Source: a virus
Taxonomy: Duplodnaviria; Caudoviricetes
Length of the DNA: 64,000 nucleotides
Virus record (IMG/VR): IMGVR_UViG_3300042914_002678
Reading direction: 5' to 3' (one strand)
The notes below the pieces were generated by a model. That model was not told the DNA's origin. It saw only the letters and a program-made list of their open reading frames with translations, and did not search any database. Shown here one piece after another: positions 10,052 to 19,976 of the stretch. The position numbers and the translations under genes were made by a program. The first letter of the stretch is position 1. Every line of letters starts with the position of its first letter.

Positions 10052-11750
10052 AACAATTCGTTGGAAAAATTTTCTCAGCACTGGAAATCAATATACTGAA
10101 GTTGATTTTAGAAAGAATAAAACAAATTTAATCATCGGAACAAATGGTGCTGGTAAATCCACTGTTCTTGATGCTCTTACTTTTTCTTTGTTTGGAAAAC
10201 CTTTCCGAAAAATCAATAAACCCCAACTTATCAATTCTGTGAACGAAAAGGATTGTAAAGTTGAAGTTGAGTTTTCTATTGGAAACACTGAATGGAAAGT
10301 CGTAAGGGGAATTAAACCTGCTGTATTTGAAATCTGGAGGAATGGTGCTGTTTTAGATCAGTCTGCAGCTGCTTTGGATCAGCAAAAGTGGTTAGAGCAG
10401 AATGTTCTTAAAATGAACTATAAGTCTTTTACTCAGATTGTAATTCTGGGTAGTAGTACCTTTGTACCTTTTATGCAACTTTCTGCTGCTCATCGAAGGG
10501 AAGTCATTGAAGATTTGTTGGATATTAAAATCTTCTCGTCAATGAATTCTCTGATAAAAGAAAAAATCAGACAATCAAAAGAAGATATCAAAGTTCTTGA
10601 ACTTAAGAAAGAATCTTTCCTTGATAAAGTCAAGATGCAACAGAGTTTCATTGAGGAACTTGAGAATCGTGGTAATGCCAATATAAATGCCAACAAAGAA
10701 AAGATTGCCAATTTAGATAGTGAAATTGGCAATTACTTGAAAGAAAACGAGTCTGTAGAGGAACCACTTAGAGCACTCATTCGTGAGCAAGATTCCCTCA
10801 CTGGATATGCTGAGAAACTCCGTAAGTTAGGAAACCTTAAAGGTAAGATATCTCAGAAAGTATCTACGATTACTAAAGAGCATAAGTTCTTCACTGAAAA
10901 TACGGTATGCCCCACATGCACTCAGTCCATTGAGGAGACCTTCAGAATAAATAGAATTAAGGACGCTCAAGATAAAGCAAAGGAGTTGCAATCTGGTTAT
11001 AAAGAACTAGAGGAGGCAATTAAAGAGGAAGAAGAGCGAGAGCGTCAATTTAATACTCTATCGAAGGAGATTTCTAAATTAACGAATGGCATTTCTCAAA
11101 ACAATATTCAGATTAATGGATTGCGAAAGCAAATCAGAAATCTTGAACAAGAAATTCAAGTTCTTACCGAGAACCTTGCAAACAGAAATTCTGAACATGA
11201 GAAACTAGAATCCTTCAAAGAAAATTTAAAAACTACATACGACGAACTCGCTTCTAGAAAAGACACAATTAACTACTACGATTTTTCGTATAGTTTGCTT
11301 AAAGACGGTGGAGTAAAAACCAAAATCATTAAGAAGTATCTACCGCTGATAAATCAGCAAGTTAACCGTTATCTTCAGATGATGGATTTTTATATTAACT
11401 TCACTCTTGATGAGGAATTTAACGAAACCGTCCAGTCACCTATTCACGAAGATTTCTCCTATGCTTCCTTTAGTGAAGGGGAGAAAATGAGAATCGACCT
11501 AGCACTTCTTTTCACTTGGAGAGAAGTTGCAAGAATGAAAAATTCAGTCAATACAAATCTTCTCATTATGGATGAGGTGTTTGATTCTTCCCTTGATGGT
11601 GAAGGAACAGGTGAGTTTCTTAAGATCATTCGTTATGTGATTAAAGACGCTAACATCTTTGTTATCTCCCACAAGACTGGTCTAGAGGACAGATTTGAAA
11701 GTGTCATAAAGTTTGAGAAAGTCAAAGGTTTTTCGCGTATGGTGGTCTGA
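10038..11750 (+). CDS. g46: Recombination ATPase gp46 (Rad50-like)
   Basis: Walker A GTNGAGKS, CPTC zinc hook, FSEGEK signature, MDEVFD. Confidence 0.97.
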   Translation: MILFKTIRWKNFLSTGNQYTEVDFRKNKTNLIIGTNGAGKSTVLDALTFSLFGKPFRKINKPQLINSVNEKDCKVEVEFSIGNTEWKVVRGIKPAVFEIWRNGAVLDQSAAALDQQKWLEQNVLKMNYKSFTQIVILGSSTFVPFMQLSAAHRREVIEDLLDIKIFSSMNSLIKEKIRQSKEDIKVLELKKESFLDKVKMQQSFIEELENRGNANINANKEKIANLDSEIGNYLKENESVEEPLRALIREQDSLTGYAEKLRKLGNLKGKISQKVSTITKEHKFFTENTVCPTCTQSIEETFRINRIKDAQDKAKELQSGYKELEEAIKEEEERERQFNTLSKEISKLTNGISQNNIQINGLRKQIRNLEQEIQVLTENLANRNSEHEKLESFKENLKTTYDELASRKDTINYYDFSYSLLKDGGVKTKIIKKYLPLINQQVNRYLQMMDFYINFTLDEEFNETVQSPIHEDFSYASFSEGEKMRIDLALLFTWREVARMKNSVNTNLLIMDEVFDSSLDGEGTGEFLKIIRYVIKDANIFVISHKTGLEDRFESVIKFEKVKGFSRMVV

Positions 11751-11764
11751 ACCACCTAAGAATA

Positions 11765-11986
11765 ATGAAAGTTCCAAACTGGCAACACCACTCCCGCAAG
11801 GAGCAGAAACGAAAACTTAAACCGCAAGCACTGAGGCAAGCCAAAGCACGACTCGCCCATTTCAAAAAGCGTCACATGGGTCGTCCTAAGGGCGACCTTT
11901 CGTTGTATGATGGGTACATACGAAACGAAACCGATGCCTGTTCGCCACGAAATCAAATCTCAACTTGCCAAACTGCTTGCCACTGA
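11765..11986 (+). CDS. Small basic hypothetical protein
   Basis: Lys/Arg-rich MKVPNWQHHSRKEQKRKLKPQALRQAK; its 3' part overlaps the next gene's promoter and start. Confidence 0.55.
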   Translation: MKVPNWQHHSRKEQKRKLKPQALRQAKARLAHFKKRHMGRPKGDLSLYDGYIRNETDACSPRNQISTCQTACH

Positions 11987-14120
11987 GGATTTGGTGGTTG
12001 AGCACAAGAGTGTTTCTACCGCTTGCTTCAATGTTCACACTCGGGTCTTGACTCTTCCTCTCTGGGAGAAAGCAAGTGGAACTGTCTATGACCTTCTTGT
12101 TGGACACGAAGTAGGACACGCTCTCTTCACTCCTGATGAAGATTGGTTGGATAAAGTAAAGGTTCCTCAACAGTTTGTGAACATTGTTGAAGATGCCCGT
12201 GTAGAAAAACTGATGAAGCGCAAGTATGCTGGACTTGCTAAGACTTTCTTTAATGGTTATAAGGAACTGAACGAAGAAGATTTCTTTCAGATTGCCGATG
12301 ATGATATTTCTACTTTCAATCTTGCTGACCGAGTAAATCTTTACTTCAAGGTTGGAAACTTTATTACTCTGGATTTCAAACCAGAGGAGCAGGAAATCAT
12401 CAATCTGATTTCTGTGTCTGAAACTTTTGCAGATGTTCTGATTGCTGCAGAAGAACTTTACAAGTATTGTAAGAAAGAAAAGGAACAGGAACAAAAGGTT
12501 GCTGACTTTGATTCGCATGAAATGCAAGGAGATTCTCGGTCTCCCGCAAACGAAATTGTGGAAACTAATGACTCCTCTTCTGAACAGGAAGATGATAGTG
12601 ATAACTCCCAACCTAAGGAGGATGATGGTTCCTACGGTGGAACTGCTCAGGGAGATCAAACCCCAGTTAAATCTTCGGGTGAGGAAGATGAACCTGAAGT
12701 TCGCACTGCAGATTCTTTAGAAGAAAAGATTCGTGACCTTGTGGGAAATGACGCATATGATAATACTTATGTTGAAGTTCCCCAACTGAATCTGGAGACT
12801 GTTATTGCTAAAAACTCTGATATTCATAAGGATATTGACCACTCATTTTCTAATCAACAGAAAATTCATAATGACTGGGCTGCTGGGCATGGAGTTGAAC
12901 CAACAAATCTCTATAAGATTTCTGACACTGAATTCAAGAAGTTCAAGTCCTCTGCACAGAAAGAAGTGAACTATCTTGTGAAAGAGTTTGAATGTCGTAA
13001 AGCAGCAGATCAATATGCTCGTGCTTCAACTGCTCGCACTGGTGTTCTTGATACTGCACGTCTTCATACCTACAAGTACAATGAAGACTTGTTCAAAAAG
13101 GTTTCTGTAATTCCTGACGGTAAGAATCATGGTCTGGTGTTTGTACTGGATTGGAGTGGTTCTATGTCCGAAGTAATGCTTGATACTTGTAAGCAACTCT
13201 TCAATCTTGTATGGTTCTGTAAGAAAGTTTCTATTCCTTTTGAGGTTTATGCTTTCACTAATGAATGGCGGCGCGGTGAGTATGATTATGAAAATGAACG
13301 TTACATTGCTGCTGATCGTACCCCTCATTATGATGGGAAAGAAAGTTTGTTGATTGTGGATGAAACTTTCTCTATGATGAACATTCTTACCAGTAAAGTT
13401 TCTGGTAAAGATCTAGAGCATCAACTTCTCAATATCTGGCGTCTTGCATATTGCTTTGGTAGGCAGTATCAGTGTCACTATACATATTCTCATCGTATGT
13501 GTCTTTCTGGCACTCCATTGAATGAGGCATTGATTTCTCTTCACCAAATTCTCCCTAAGTTTCAGAAGGAAAATAAACTGCAAAAGGTTCAGTGTATTGT
13601 TCTGACTGATGGTGAAGCAAACCAACTGACTTATCACAAAGAAGTACGACGTTCTTACTCCAAAGAACCTGTCCTTGGTAGTGGTTATGTACATCCTCAC
13701 AATACTCTTCTTCGTGACCGTAAACTTGGAACCACTTATAAAATTGACCATGGGTATCACACTTTTACGGATACTCTCCTCAATAACCTAAAGGATAAGT
13801 TTTCATCTACAAACTTTATCGGCATTCGTGTTCTTGAAAGTAGGAATGCTCAGCGGTTTATCAGTCTCTATCATTCTCAACTTGATAAACAGTATGAGAA
13901 AATTCAGAATGACTGGAGGAAACTGAGGAGTTTTACTATTACTAACTCTGGTTATGATGCCTACTTTGGAATGTCTGCAACTGCCCTTGCTCAGGAATCC
14001 GAGTTTGAAGTTGCCGAATGTGCTACAAAATCTCAAATTAAAACTGCATTTTTGAAGTCTCTGAAGACCAAGAAACTCAACAAAAAAGTTCTTGGTGAGT
14101 TCATTTCTCTTGTGGCATAA
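11934..14120 (+). CDS. HExxH metallopeptidase-like + VWA (MIDAS) domain protein, CobT-like partner of the AAA+ ATPase
   Basis: HEVGH and NIVEDARVE; DWSGSMS, SGTPL, LTDGEA MIDAS motifs; start moved to MPVRHEIK (11934), downstream of a TATGAT box. Confidence 0.85.
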   Translation: MPVRHEIKSQLAKLLATEDLVVEHKSVSTACFNVHTRVLTLPLWEKASGTVYDLLVGHEVGHALFTPDEDWLDKVKVPQQFVNIVEDARVEKLMKRKYAGLAKTFFNGYKELNEEDFFQIADDDISTFNLADRVNLYFKVGNFITLDFKPEEQEIINLISVSETFADVLIAAEELYKYCKKEKEQEQKVADFDSHEMQGDSRSPANEIVETNDSSSEQEDDSDNSQPKEDDGSYGGTAQGDQTPVKSSGEEDEPEVRTADSLEEKIRDLVGNDAYDNTYVEVPQLNLETVIAKNSDIHKDIDHSFSNQQKIHNDWAAGHGVEPTNLYKISDTEFKKFKSSAQKEVNYLVKEFECRKAADQYARASTARTGVLDTARLHTYKYNEDLFKKVSVIPDGKNHGLVFVLDWSGSMSEVMLDTCKQLFNLVWFCKKVSIPFEVYAFTNEWRRGEYDYENERYIAADRTPHYDGKESLLIVDETFSMMNILTSKVSGKDLEHQLLNIWRLAYCFGRQYQCHYTYSHRMCLSGTPLNEALISLHQILPKFQKENKLQKVQCIVLTDGEANQLTYHKEVRRSYSKEPVLGSGYVHPHNTLLRDRKLGTTYKIDHGYHTFTDTLLNNLKDKFSSTNFIGIRVLESRNAQRFISLYHSQLDKQYEKIQNDWRKLRSFTITNSGYDAYFGMSATALAQESEFEVAECATKSQIKTAFLKSLKTKKLNKKVLGEFISLVA

Positions 14121-14123
14121 ATA
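14116..14123 (+). promoter_or_regulatory. Late promoter variant CATAAATA
   Basis: One mismatch to consensus, directly upstream of the 14148 ORF. Confidence 0.55.
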
Positions 14124-14147
14124 CCTAAAAAGTATTTTGCATATAAA

Positions 14148-14660
14148 ATGAGAACATTCCAGGAGTTTATGTCAGAATGTTATTCTCTTCAGGAGACTTC
14201 TCTTACTCGTGTAATGAGCAAGTCAAAGAAGGGTGGTATGGCAATTATGTCTGCCCAAAGAGGCGATAAATCAAAAGCAGAAAACAAAGCACGTTCAAAA
14301 CAACTTGAAAAGGATGTGAGGGGTGCTGGTCTTCCTGGACCTACTAAAGTTGCTGGTAGATACACGGAAAATCCTGGAACTCCTCAGGAGAAAAAAGTAG
14401 GAGAGAAATCTCACGTTATTACTCCTGGTAAAAAGGGTAAGAGAAAATTTAAAAAGGCGATTGAAAAACTTGGTAAAAAGTATGACCAAGATTCTGTATT
14501 GCTTCAACGCAAAAAAGGTGGAGAAGCAACTCTTAAAGGAACTTCAAAAACCTCTTGGCCAGGTAAAGGAAAGAATGTTAAAATAGGTAGTATGAAACCT
14601 GGTAGAACTGGTGAGTTTGATACCAAAGTTAAAAACAAAACATTTACAGTTGAAAAATGA
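14148..14660 (+). CDS. Basic protein with T4 CTS-like N-terminus, candidate internal head protein
   Basis: Starts MRTFQEFMSE; Lys-rich; late promoter upstream. Confidence 0.7.
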   Translation: MRTFQEFMSECYSLQETSLTRVMSKSKKGGMAIMSAQRGDKSKAENKARSKQLEKDVRGAGLPGPTKVAGRYTENPGTPQEKKVGEKSHVITPGKKGKRKFKKAIEKLGKKYDQDSVLLQRKKGGEATLKGTSKTSWPGKGKNVKIGSMKPGRTGEFDTKVKNKTFTVEK

Positions 14661-14842
14661 AATCTAAATTTCCACTTGAACACGTTGTTAAATATGACAC
14701 CAAAGAAGTTTGGGTAAAGTGTGATAGTTCTATTACCGCGATGGGTATTAATGCTATGGTTGAAAAATATTATCCTGGTTATAAAGGACATATTGGTAGC
14801 AAGGAGTACCTGGAGACACTTCGGAACCAGTTGGCAAACTGA
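14657..14842 (+). CDS. Hypothetical protein
   Basis: 61 aa ORF with ATGA coupling. Confidence 0.65.
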   Translation: MKSKFPLEHVVKYDTKEVWVKCDSSITAMGINAMVEKYYPGYKGHIGSKEYLETLRNQLAN

Positions 14843-14914
14843 CCACAGGGGTCCCAAACGGACCCCTTTTTCGTTTATAATGACTAGGTTGAAACAAAAC
14901 AAATCGCCCAAATT

Positions 14915-16006
14915 ATGGCACTCTCTTCCGACTACATCCGCACTTCTCTTCAAGCACTTTATGGCAATAATGTCACTGGTGCTGATATTCGCGCCTGGTG
15001 TGCTCTGAACGATTCTAACTATCAGACTGTTACTAAAAAACTTGACCAGTTTAAAGTTGGACGTGGTAAGTGGAACCTTGAAGTAACTCAACAAAAAGTG
15101 GAAGAAATTGAACGTACTTTCCAAGCACCTGCAGTAGTTCCTCCTGTAGAGCAAAACCTTATTCCCGATAAAGATGATACCTTCGTCAAGTTTGGTAACT
15201 TTAGCGATATTAAGAAAATTATTCAGTCCCGTATCTTTTACCCTACGTTCATTACGGGTCTGTCGGGTAACGGTAAAACGTTCTCGGTGGAGCAAGCGTG
15301 TGCTCAACTCAAGCGTGAACTGATTCGCGTTAACATCACTATCGAAACTGACGAGGATGACCTGATTGGTGGTTTCCGTCTGGTGAATGGCGAAACTGTC
15401 TGGCACAATGGTCCTGTGATTGAAGCACTGGAGCGTGGTGCGATCCTGCTGCTGGATGAGATTGACCTTGCTTCTAACAAGATTCTTTGCCTCCAATCTG
15501 TTCTGGAAGGTAAGGGTGTCTTCCTGAAAAAGATTGGTCGCTTCGTGAAACCTGCCGCTGGTTTCAATGTGATTGCTACCGCTAACACCAAGGGTAAGGG
15601 TAGCGATGATGGACGTTTCATTGGCACTAATGTTCTCAATGAAGCGTTCTTGGAGCGGTTCCCTGTGACCTTTGAGCAGTCCTATCCTGCTCCTTCTACT
15701 GAGCAGAAGATTCTGGAAGGCATCGCTCTGGACCTTGGCGTGGAAGACCGTGACTTCTGCAAGCGCCTTGTGGATTGGGCAGATATTATCCGCAAGACCT
15801 TCTACGATGGTGGTATTGAGGAAATCATCAGCACCCGTCGTTTGGTTCACATCATCCGTGCCTACAGCATCTTTGGTAACAAAGCGAAAGCAATTGATGT
15901 TTGTACTGCACGATTTGATGATGAAACCAAGCAAGCCTTCCTAGAACTGTATGATAAGGTTGATGTTGATTTCCAAATGCCTGTTGACGAAGATCAAGCA
16001 AACTGA
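14915..16006 (+). CDS. cobS: CobS-like MoxR AAA+ ATPase
   Basis: Walker A GLSGNGKT, Walker B LLLDEID, ATANTKG, NEAFLERF. Confidence 0.9.
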   Translation: MALSSDYIRTSLQALYGNNVTGADIRAWCALNDSNYQTVTKKLDQFKVGRGKWNLEVTQQKVEEIERTFQAPAVVPPVEQNLIPDKDDTFVKFGNFSDIKKIIQSRIFYPTFITGLSGNGKTFSVEQACAQLKRELIRVNITIETDEDDLIGGFRLVNGETVWHNGPVIEALERGAILLLDEIDLASNKILCLQSVLEGKGVFLKKIGRFVKPAAGFNVIATANTKGKGSDDGRFIGTNVLNEAFLERFPVTFEQSYPAPSTEQKILEGIALDLGVEDRDFCKRLVDWADIIRKTFYDGGIEEIISTRRLVHIIRAYSIFGNKAKAIDVCTARFDDETKQAFLELYDKVDVDFQMPVDEDQAN

Positions 16007-16014
16007 TAGAATAT

Positions 16015-16040
16015 GGGGAGGTAAAACTATCTCCCCTTTA
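16015..16040 (+). terminator. Probable terminator hairpin
   Basis: GGGGAG...CTCCCC followed by TTT. Confidence 0.55.
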
Positions 16041-16042
16041 TT

Positions 16043-16453
16043 ATGGATGAGTATCCTTACGGAACCGAATATGTGTTCTCGATTAATTCAAACGACATGA
16101 TTGAAATTGAAAAAAAATCTGTGAGTATGACCGAACCTAAAAACCATCTCTGGAAATACAACGAAGATAAAATCCTCAAAGATGTTGAGGATTATGTGAC
16201 TAGCACCTATGGTAGTCACTACTGTGGACATAATGAAAACTACAAAGATATTCAAACCATCGATCTGATGGCAGCAAAAGACCTTGCAGTTGGTTTTTGC
16301 CAATCAAATATTCTTAAGTATGGAAGTCGTTATGGTGATAAAGATGGACGCAATAAGCGTGATTTGCTTAAAGTAATTCACTATGCTATGCTTCTGCTTC
16401 ATTTTGATGGGCACTATACCCGCAAAGATAATGGTCTCACCGAATTTCGCTGA
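16043..16453 (+). CDS. Conserved T4-like hypothetical protein (DUF3310-like)
   Basis: TYGSHY, FCQSNILKYGSRYG.KDG, DLLKVIHYA; true start may be 16127. Confidence 0.7.
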   Translation: MDEYPYGTEYVFSINSNDMIEIEKKSVSMTEPKNHLWKYNEDKILKDVEDYVTSTYGSHYCGHNENYKDIQTIDLMAAKDLAVGFCQSNILKYGSRYGDKDGRNKRDLLKVIHYAMLLLHFDGHYTRKDNGLTEFR

Positions 16454-16458
16454 ATATT

Positions 16459-17124
16459 ATGAAACTTTCTGATAAAACTCTGACTCTGCTGAAGAACTTT
16501 TCTTCTATTAATCAATCTATCCTTTTCAAGGAAGGTAATAATCTTCGTACCATTTCTGTGATGAAAAACATTCTTGCAGAAGCAACAATTGAAGAAGAAC
16601 TTCCTAAGGATTTTGGTATCTATGATTTGAACCAGTTTTTGAATGGTTTGAATCTTCATCAGAATGCTGAACTTGATTTCCAAAATGATGGTTATGTTGT
16701 CATCAAAGAGGGTAAGTCTCGTTCTAAGTATTTCTTTGCAGACCCTAACGTAATTATTACACCTCCCGAAAAGGATATTGTTCTTCCTAGTGAAGATGTT
16801 TGTTTCCTTCTTGATACCAAAGAACTTGATAAACTCCTTAAGGCTGCTGCTGTTTATCAACTTCCTGACCTGTCTGTGGTTGGTGAAGCAGGTGTGGTGA
16901 AACTGGTGGTTCGTGATAAGAAGAACGATACTTCCAACGACTTCTCTGTGGTTGTTGGCGAAACTGATGAAGTATTCTCCTTCAACTTTAAAGTGGAAAA
17001 CATCAAGATTCTCCCTGGTTCGTATGAAGTGGTTATCTCACGTAAACTTCTGTCACGGTTTAAGAACACTGCATTTGATGTGACTTATCATATTGCTCTG
17101 GAGCCTGATTCTACTTTTGGTTGA
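16459..17124 (+). CDS. g45: Sliding clamp gp45
   Basis: MKLSDKTL.LLKNFSSINQSI, FGIYDLNQFL, IALEPDS. Confidence 0.95.
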   Translation: MKLSDKTLTLLKNFSSINQSILFKEGNNLRTISVMKNILAEATIEEELPKDFGIYDLNQFLNGLNLHQNAELDFQNDGYVVIKEGKSRSKYFFADPNVIITPPEKDIVLPSEDVCFLLDTKELDKLLKAAAVYQLPDLSVVGEAGVVKLVVRDKKNDTSNDFSVVVGETDEVFSFNFKVENIKILPGSYEVVISRKLLSRFKNTAFDVTYHIALEPDSTFG

Positions 17125-17636
17125 TGAACATTTTTGTTACAAATCCATTTCCTGCTGAGAGTGCTGTTTGTCTTCCCGACAAGCACATCGTTAAAATGCC
17201 ACTAGAGTGTTGTCAAATGCTCTCTATCGTTGCCTCTGACAAGTGGGGACACGGATACGGCACTCTCCCTAAGGCAGATGGAACGCCCTACAAGACCGAG
17301 AAAGGAGCATTTCGCAATCATCCCTGCACCAAGTGGGCTATGGAGAGTATCCATAATGCTTACTGGTTAATTAAGTGGGGATTGAACTTGTCTGATGAAT
17401 ACTGCCTGAGATATAATAAAACTCATTCCTGTTATAAAACTCTTGTGGATGCATACTATTTGTTTCCCAAGGGTAAGATTACAGAAGTGACTCCATTTGC
17501 TCGTGCGATGCCTGAGGAATGGAAATTTGACAACACTATTGATACATTTGAAGCATACAAAAGATACATCGCATCCAAACCTTGGGTGTCTGATAATTAT
17601 CTCCGTATGCCTGAACGCAAACCTGATTGGGTCTAA
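17121..17636 (+). CDS. Pyrimidine-dimer DNA glycosylase-like (DenV-related) protein
   Basis: MNIFV, DKHIVKMPLECCQMLS, NHPCTKW, F..AMP motifs recognised from this phage family. Confidence 0.55.
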   Translation: MMNIFVTNPFPAESAVCLPDKHIVKMPLECCQMLSIVASDKWGHGYGTLPKADGTPYKTEKGAFRNHPCTKWAMESIHNAYWLIKWGLNLSDEYCLRYNKTHSCYKTLVDAYYLFPKGKITEVTPFARAMPEEWKFDNTIDTFEAYKRYIASKPWVSDNYLRMPERKPDWV

Positions 17637-17639
17637 ATT

Positions 17640-18584
17640 ATGACAAGTGAATTTCTTTTTGTGGAGAAGTATCGTCCTCAAGTAATTGATGATTGTATCC
17701 TCCCCGATGAAACTAAAAAAACATTTAAGGAGTTTGTAGAGAAGGGAGAGATTCCAAATCTTCTTCTTGCTGGACCTCCTGGTATTGGTAAGACTACCAT
17801 TGCAAAAGCACTGTGTACTGAATTGGGGGCAGATTATTATGTCATCAACGGATCCGACGAAGGGCGTTTCCTGGATACTGTACGAAACCAAGCAAAGAAC
17901 TTCGCTTCGACCGTCTCACTTACGGGATCTTCTAAACACAAAGTCATCATCATCGATGAGGCAGATAACACAGGCAACGACGTACAACTCCTACTACGGG
18001 CGAATATTGAGGCATTTTATAACAACTGCCGATTCATCTTTACCTGTAATTACAAAAATAAAATCATTGAACCCCTTCATTCTCGATGTGCAGTCATTGA
18101 CTTTACAATCAAGGGGAAGCAGAGGGTACAACTTGCAGGAAATTTCTTCCAAAGGTTGCAATTTATCCTTAATCAAGAAAAGATTGAGTATGATCAAAAA
18201 GTCGTTGCGGAACTTGTATCCAAACACTTTCCCGACTTTCGGCGGGTTTTGAATGAAATTCAGAGGTATTCTACTGGTGGAAAGATTGACTCTGGAATTC
18301 TTGCATCTTTCTCTGACGTATCTGTAAATGAACTTGTTAAAAATCTTAAGGATAAAAACTTTCCTGAAGTCCGAAAGTGGGTGGTCGGGAACTTGGACAA
18401 TGATGCTTCTCATCTACTTCGCAGGGTTTATGACGCCACTTATGATTGCCTTGTTCCCGCATCTATCCCTGCTGCCGTTCTTGTTATTGCTAAGTATCAA
18501 TACCAATGTGCGTTCGTTGCTGACCAAGAAATAAATCTTCTTGCTGCCCTTACTGAACTTATGGTGGAGTGTGAATTCAAATGA
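17640..18584 (+). CDS. g44: Clamp loader large subunit gp44
   Basis: VEKYRP, GPPGIGKT, IIDEAD, PLHSRC. Confidence 0.96.
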   Translation: MTSEFLFVEKYRPQVIDDCILPDETKKTFKEFVEKGEIPNLLLAGPPGIGKTTIAKALCTELGADYYVINGSDEGRFLDTVRNQAKNFASTVSLTGSSKHKVIIIDEADNTGNDVQLLLRANIEAFYNNCRFIFTCNYKNKIIEPLHSRCAVIDFTIKGKQRVQLAGNFFQRLQFILNQEKIEYDQKVVAELVSKHFPDFRRVLNEIQRYSTGGKIDSGILASFSDVSVNELVKNLKDKNFPEVRKWVVGNLDNDASHLLRRVYDATYDCLVPASIPAAVLVIAKYQYQCAFVADQEINLLAALTELMVECEFK

Positions 18585-18778
18585 ATAAAGAACATCAAGT
18601 AAAAGCAAAGTGGTATTACATTTTCTGGGGTGCTATGGCAGTTGCTGTAGTTGGTGGACAGATTTATGTTGGAACTGGATATCGTGAGATGGCAGAAGCA
18701 ACTAAATCAACTGAAATTTCGGTTTCCTGTGTATTACCTTACGAGACATCTAGAAATAGAAGTGGAGAGTTTGAATGA
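18581..18778 (+). CDS. Small membrane protein
   Basis: Single hydrophobic segment WYYIFWGAMAVAVVGG. Confidence 0.65.
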   Translation: MNKEHQVKAKWYYIFWGAMAVAVVGGQIYVGTGYREMAEATKSTEISVSCVLPYETSRNRSGEFE

Positions 18779-19617
18779 AAGAACTCAAGACTCCCCTGAG
18801 GTATCCTGGTGGTAAATCCCGTGCTTGTGAAAAGATGGGACCTTATTTTCCAGACCTTCGTAATTATGAAGAATTCCGAGAACCATTTCTTGGTGGAGGA
18901 AGTGTTGCGATTTATATCACAAAGAAGTATCCTGGATTAAATATTTGGGTAAATGATTTATATGAACCTCTTGTAAACTTCTGGCAACAACTCCAGATGT
19001 TTGGTACTGATCTTAAAGATAAACTGGTAGATTTAAAGACAGCAAATAATACTCCCGATTTAGCAAGAGAACTTTTTCTTCACTCAAAAGGGCAGATCAA
19101 TGACCAAAGTTTGCCAAGTATTTATCGTGCTGTGGCTTTCTATATTGTCAATAAGTGTAGTTTTAGTGGTCTTACAGAGAGTTCATCATTTTCACCACAG
19201 GCTTCCAATAACAACTTCAGTCTGCGAGGGATCGAAAAGTTGCCTGCGTATTCTACGCTAATAGCAAATTGGCGTATAACTAATTACTCTTACGACTATT
19301 TGTTGGATGGGAATATGGGTGCTTTTGTGTATCTCGATCCTCCTTATGATATTAAGGATAATCTCTATGGGCGTAAAGGATCAATGCACAAAGGATTTGA
19401 TCACGATAAGTTTGCTGTTGATTGTGATTCTTGTTATATGCATCAACTAATAAGTTATAATTCTGATCAACTAGTCAAAGATCGTTTTAAAAAATGGAAG
19501 ACTGGTGAGTTTGATTTGACTTATACAATGCGTTCTGTTGGTGAATATATGCGAGAGCAAAAAGAAAGAAAGGAACTTTTGCTGTTTAATTATGATAAAA
19601 ATTTGTTATGGAACTGA
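18775..19617 (+). CDS. dam: DNA adenine methyltransferase (D12/Dam class)
   Basis: PLRYPGGKSR, EPFLGGGSV, YLDPPY. Confidence 0.93.
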   Translation: MKELKTPLRYPGGKSRACEKMGPYFPDLRNYEEFREPFLGGGSVAIYITKKYPGLNIWVNDLYEPLVNFWQQLQMFGTDLKDKLVDLKTANNTPDLARELFLHSKGQINDQSLPSIYRAVAFYIVNKCSFSGLTESSSFSPQASNNNFSLRGIEKLPAYSTLIANWRITNYSYDYLLDGNMGAFVYLDPPYDIKDNLYGRKGSMHKGFDHDKFAVDCDSCYMHQLISYNSDQLVKDRFKKWKTGEFDLTYTMRSVGEYMREQKERKELLLFNYDKNLLWN

Positions 19618-19976
19618 AGGACTGGTTGAATTCAATTAACTTTACAAAAGAGGATTTATCTGAAGATATCAAAGACTATCCTCCGTATATTATTAACAAA
19701 TGCTTGTCGGGTAGCATCGATTGCGTTCTCTTTGCAAATGAAATGAATATTAATCATCATATTGACAAAGATATGCAATATTCGTTTTATCTAAATAGTC
19801 TAAGGAAAAAGAAGAGATTTTCTCCCTGGCTCCGAAAAGATAAGGTTACAGACTTAGAATGTATTAAATCATACTATGGTTATAGTAATGAGAAGGCATC
19901 TCAAGCACTGAAAATCTTAACAAAAGAACAACTTACTTTCATTAAAAAACGACTTGATATTGGAGGAACAAAATGA
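19608..19976 (+). CDS. g62: Clamp loader small subunit gp62
   Basis: LKDWLNSIN, YPPYIIN, FANEMN, YYGYS.EKA; precedes regA. Confidence 0.88.
   Translation: MELKDWLNSINFTKEDLSEDIKDYPPYIINKCLSGSIDCVLFANEMNINHHIDKDMQYSFYLNSLRKKKRFSPWLRKDKVTDLECIKSYYGYSNEKASQALKILTKEQLTFIKKRLDIGGTK

Noticed and set aside
11886-12659. 257-aa minus-strand ORF
   Set aside because: Antisense to the VWA-peptidase gene; no recognisable features
14504-15934. 476-aa minus-strand ORF
   Set aside because: Antisense shadow of cobS caused by biased codon usage; no motif, promoter or SD recognised
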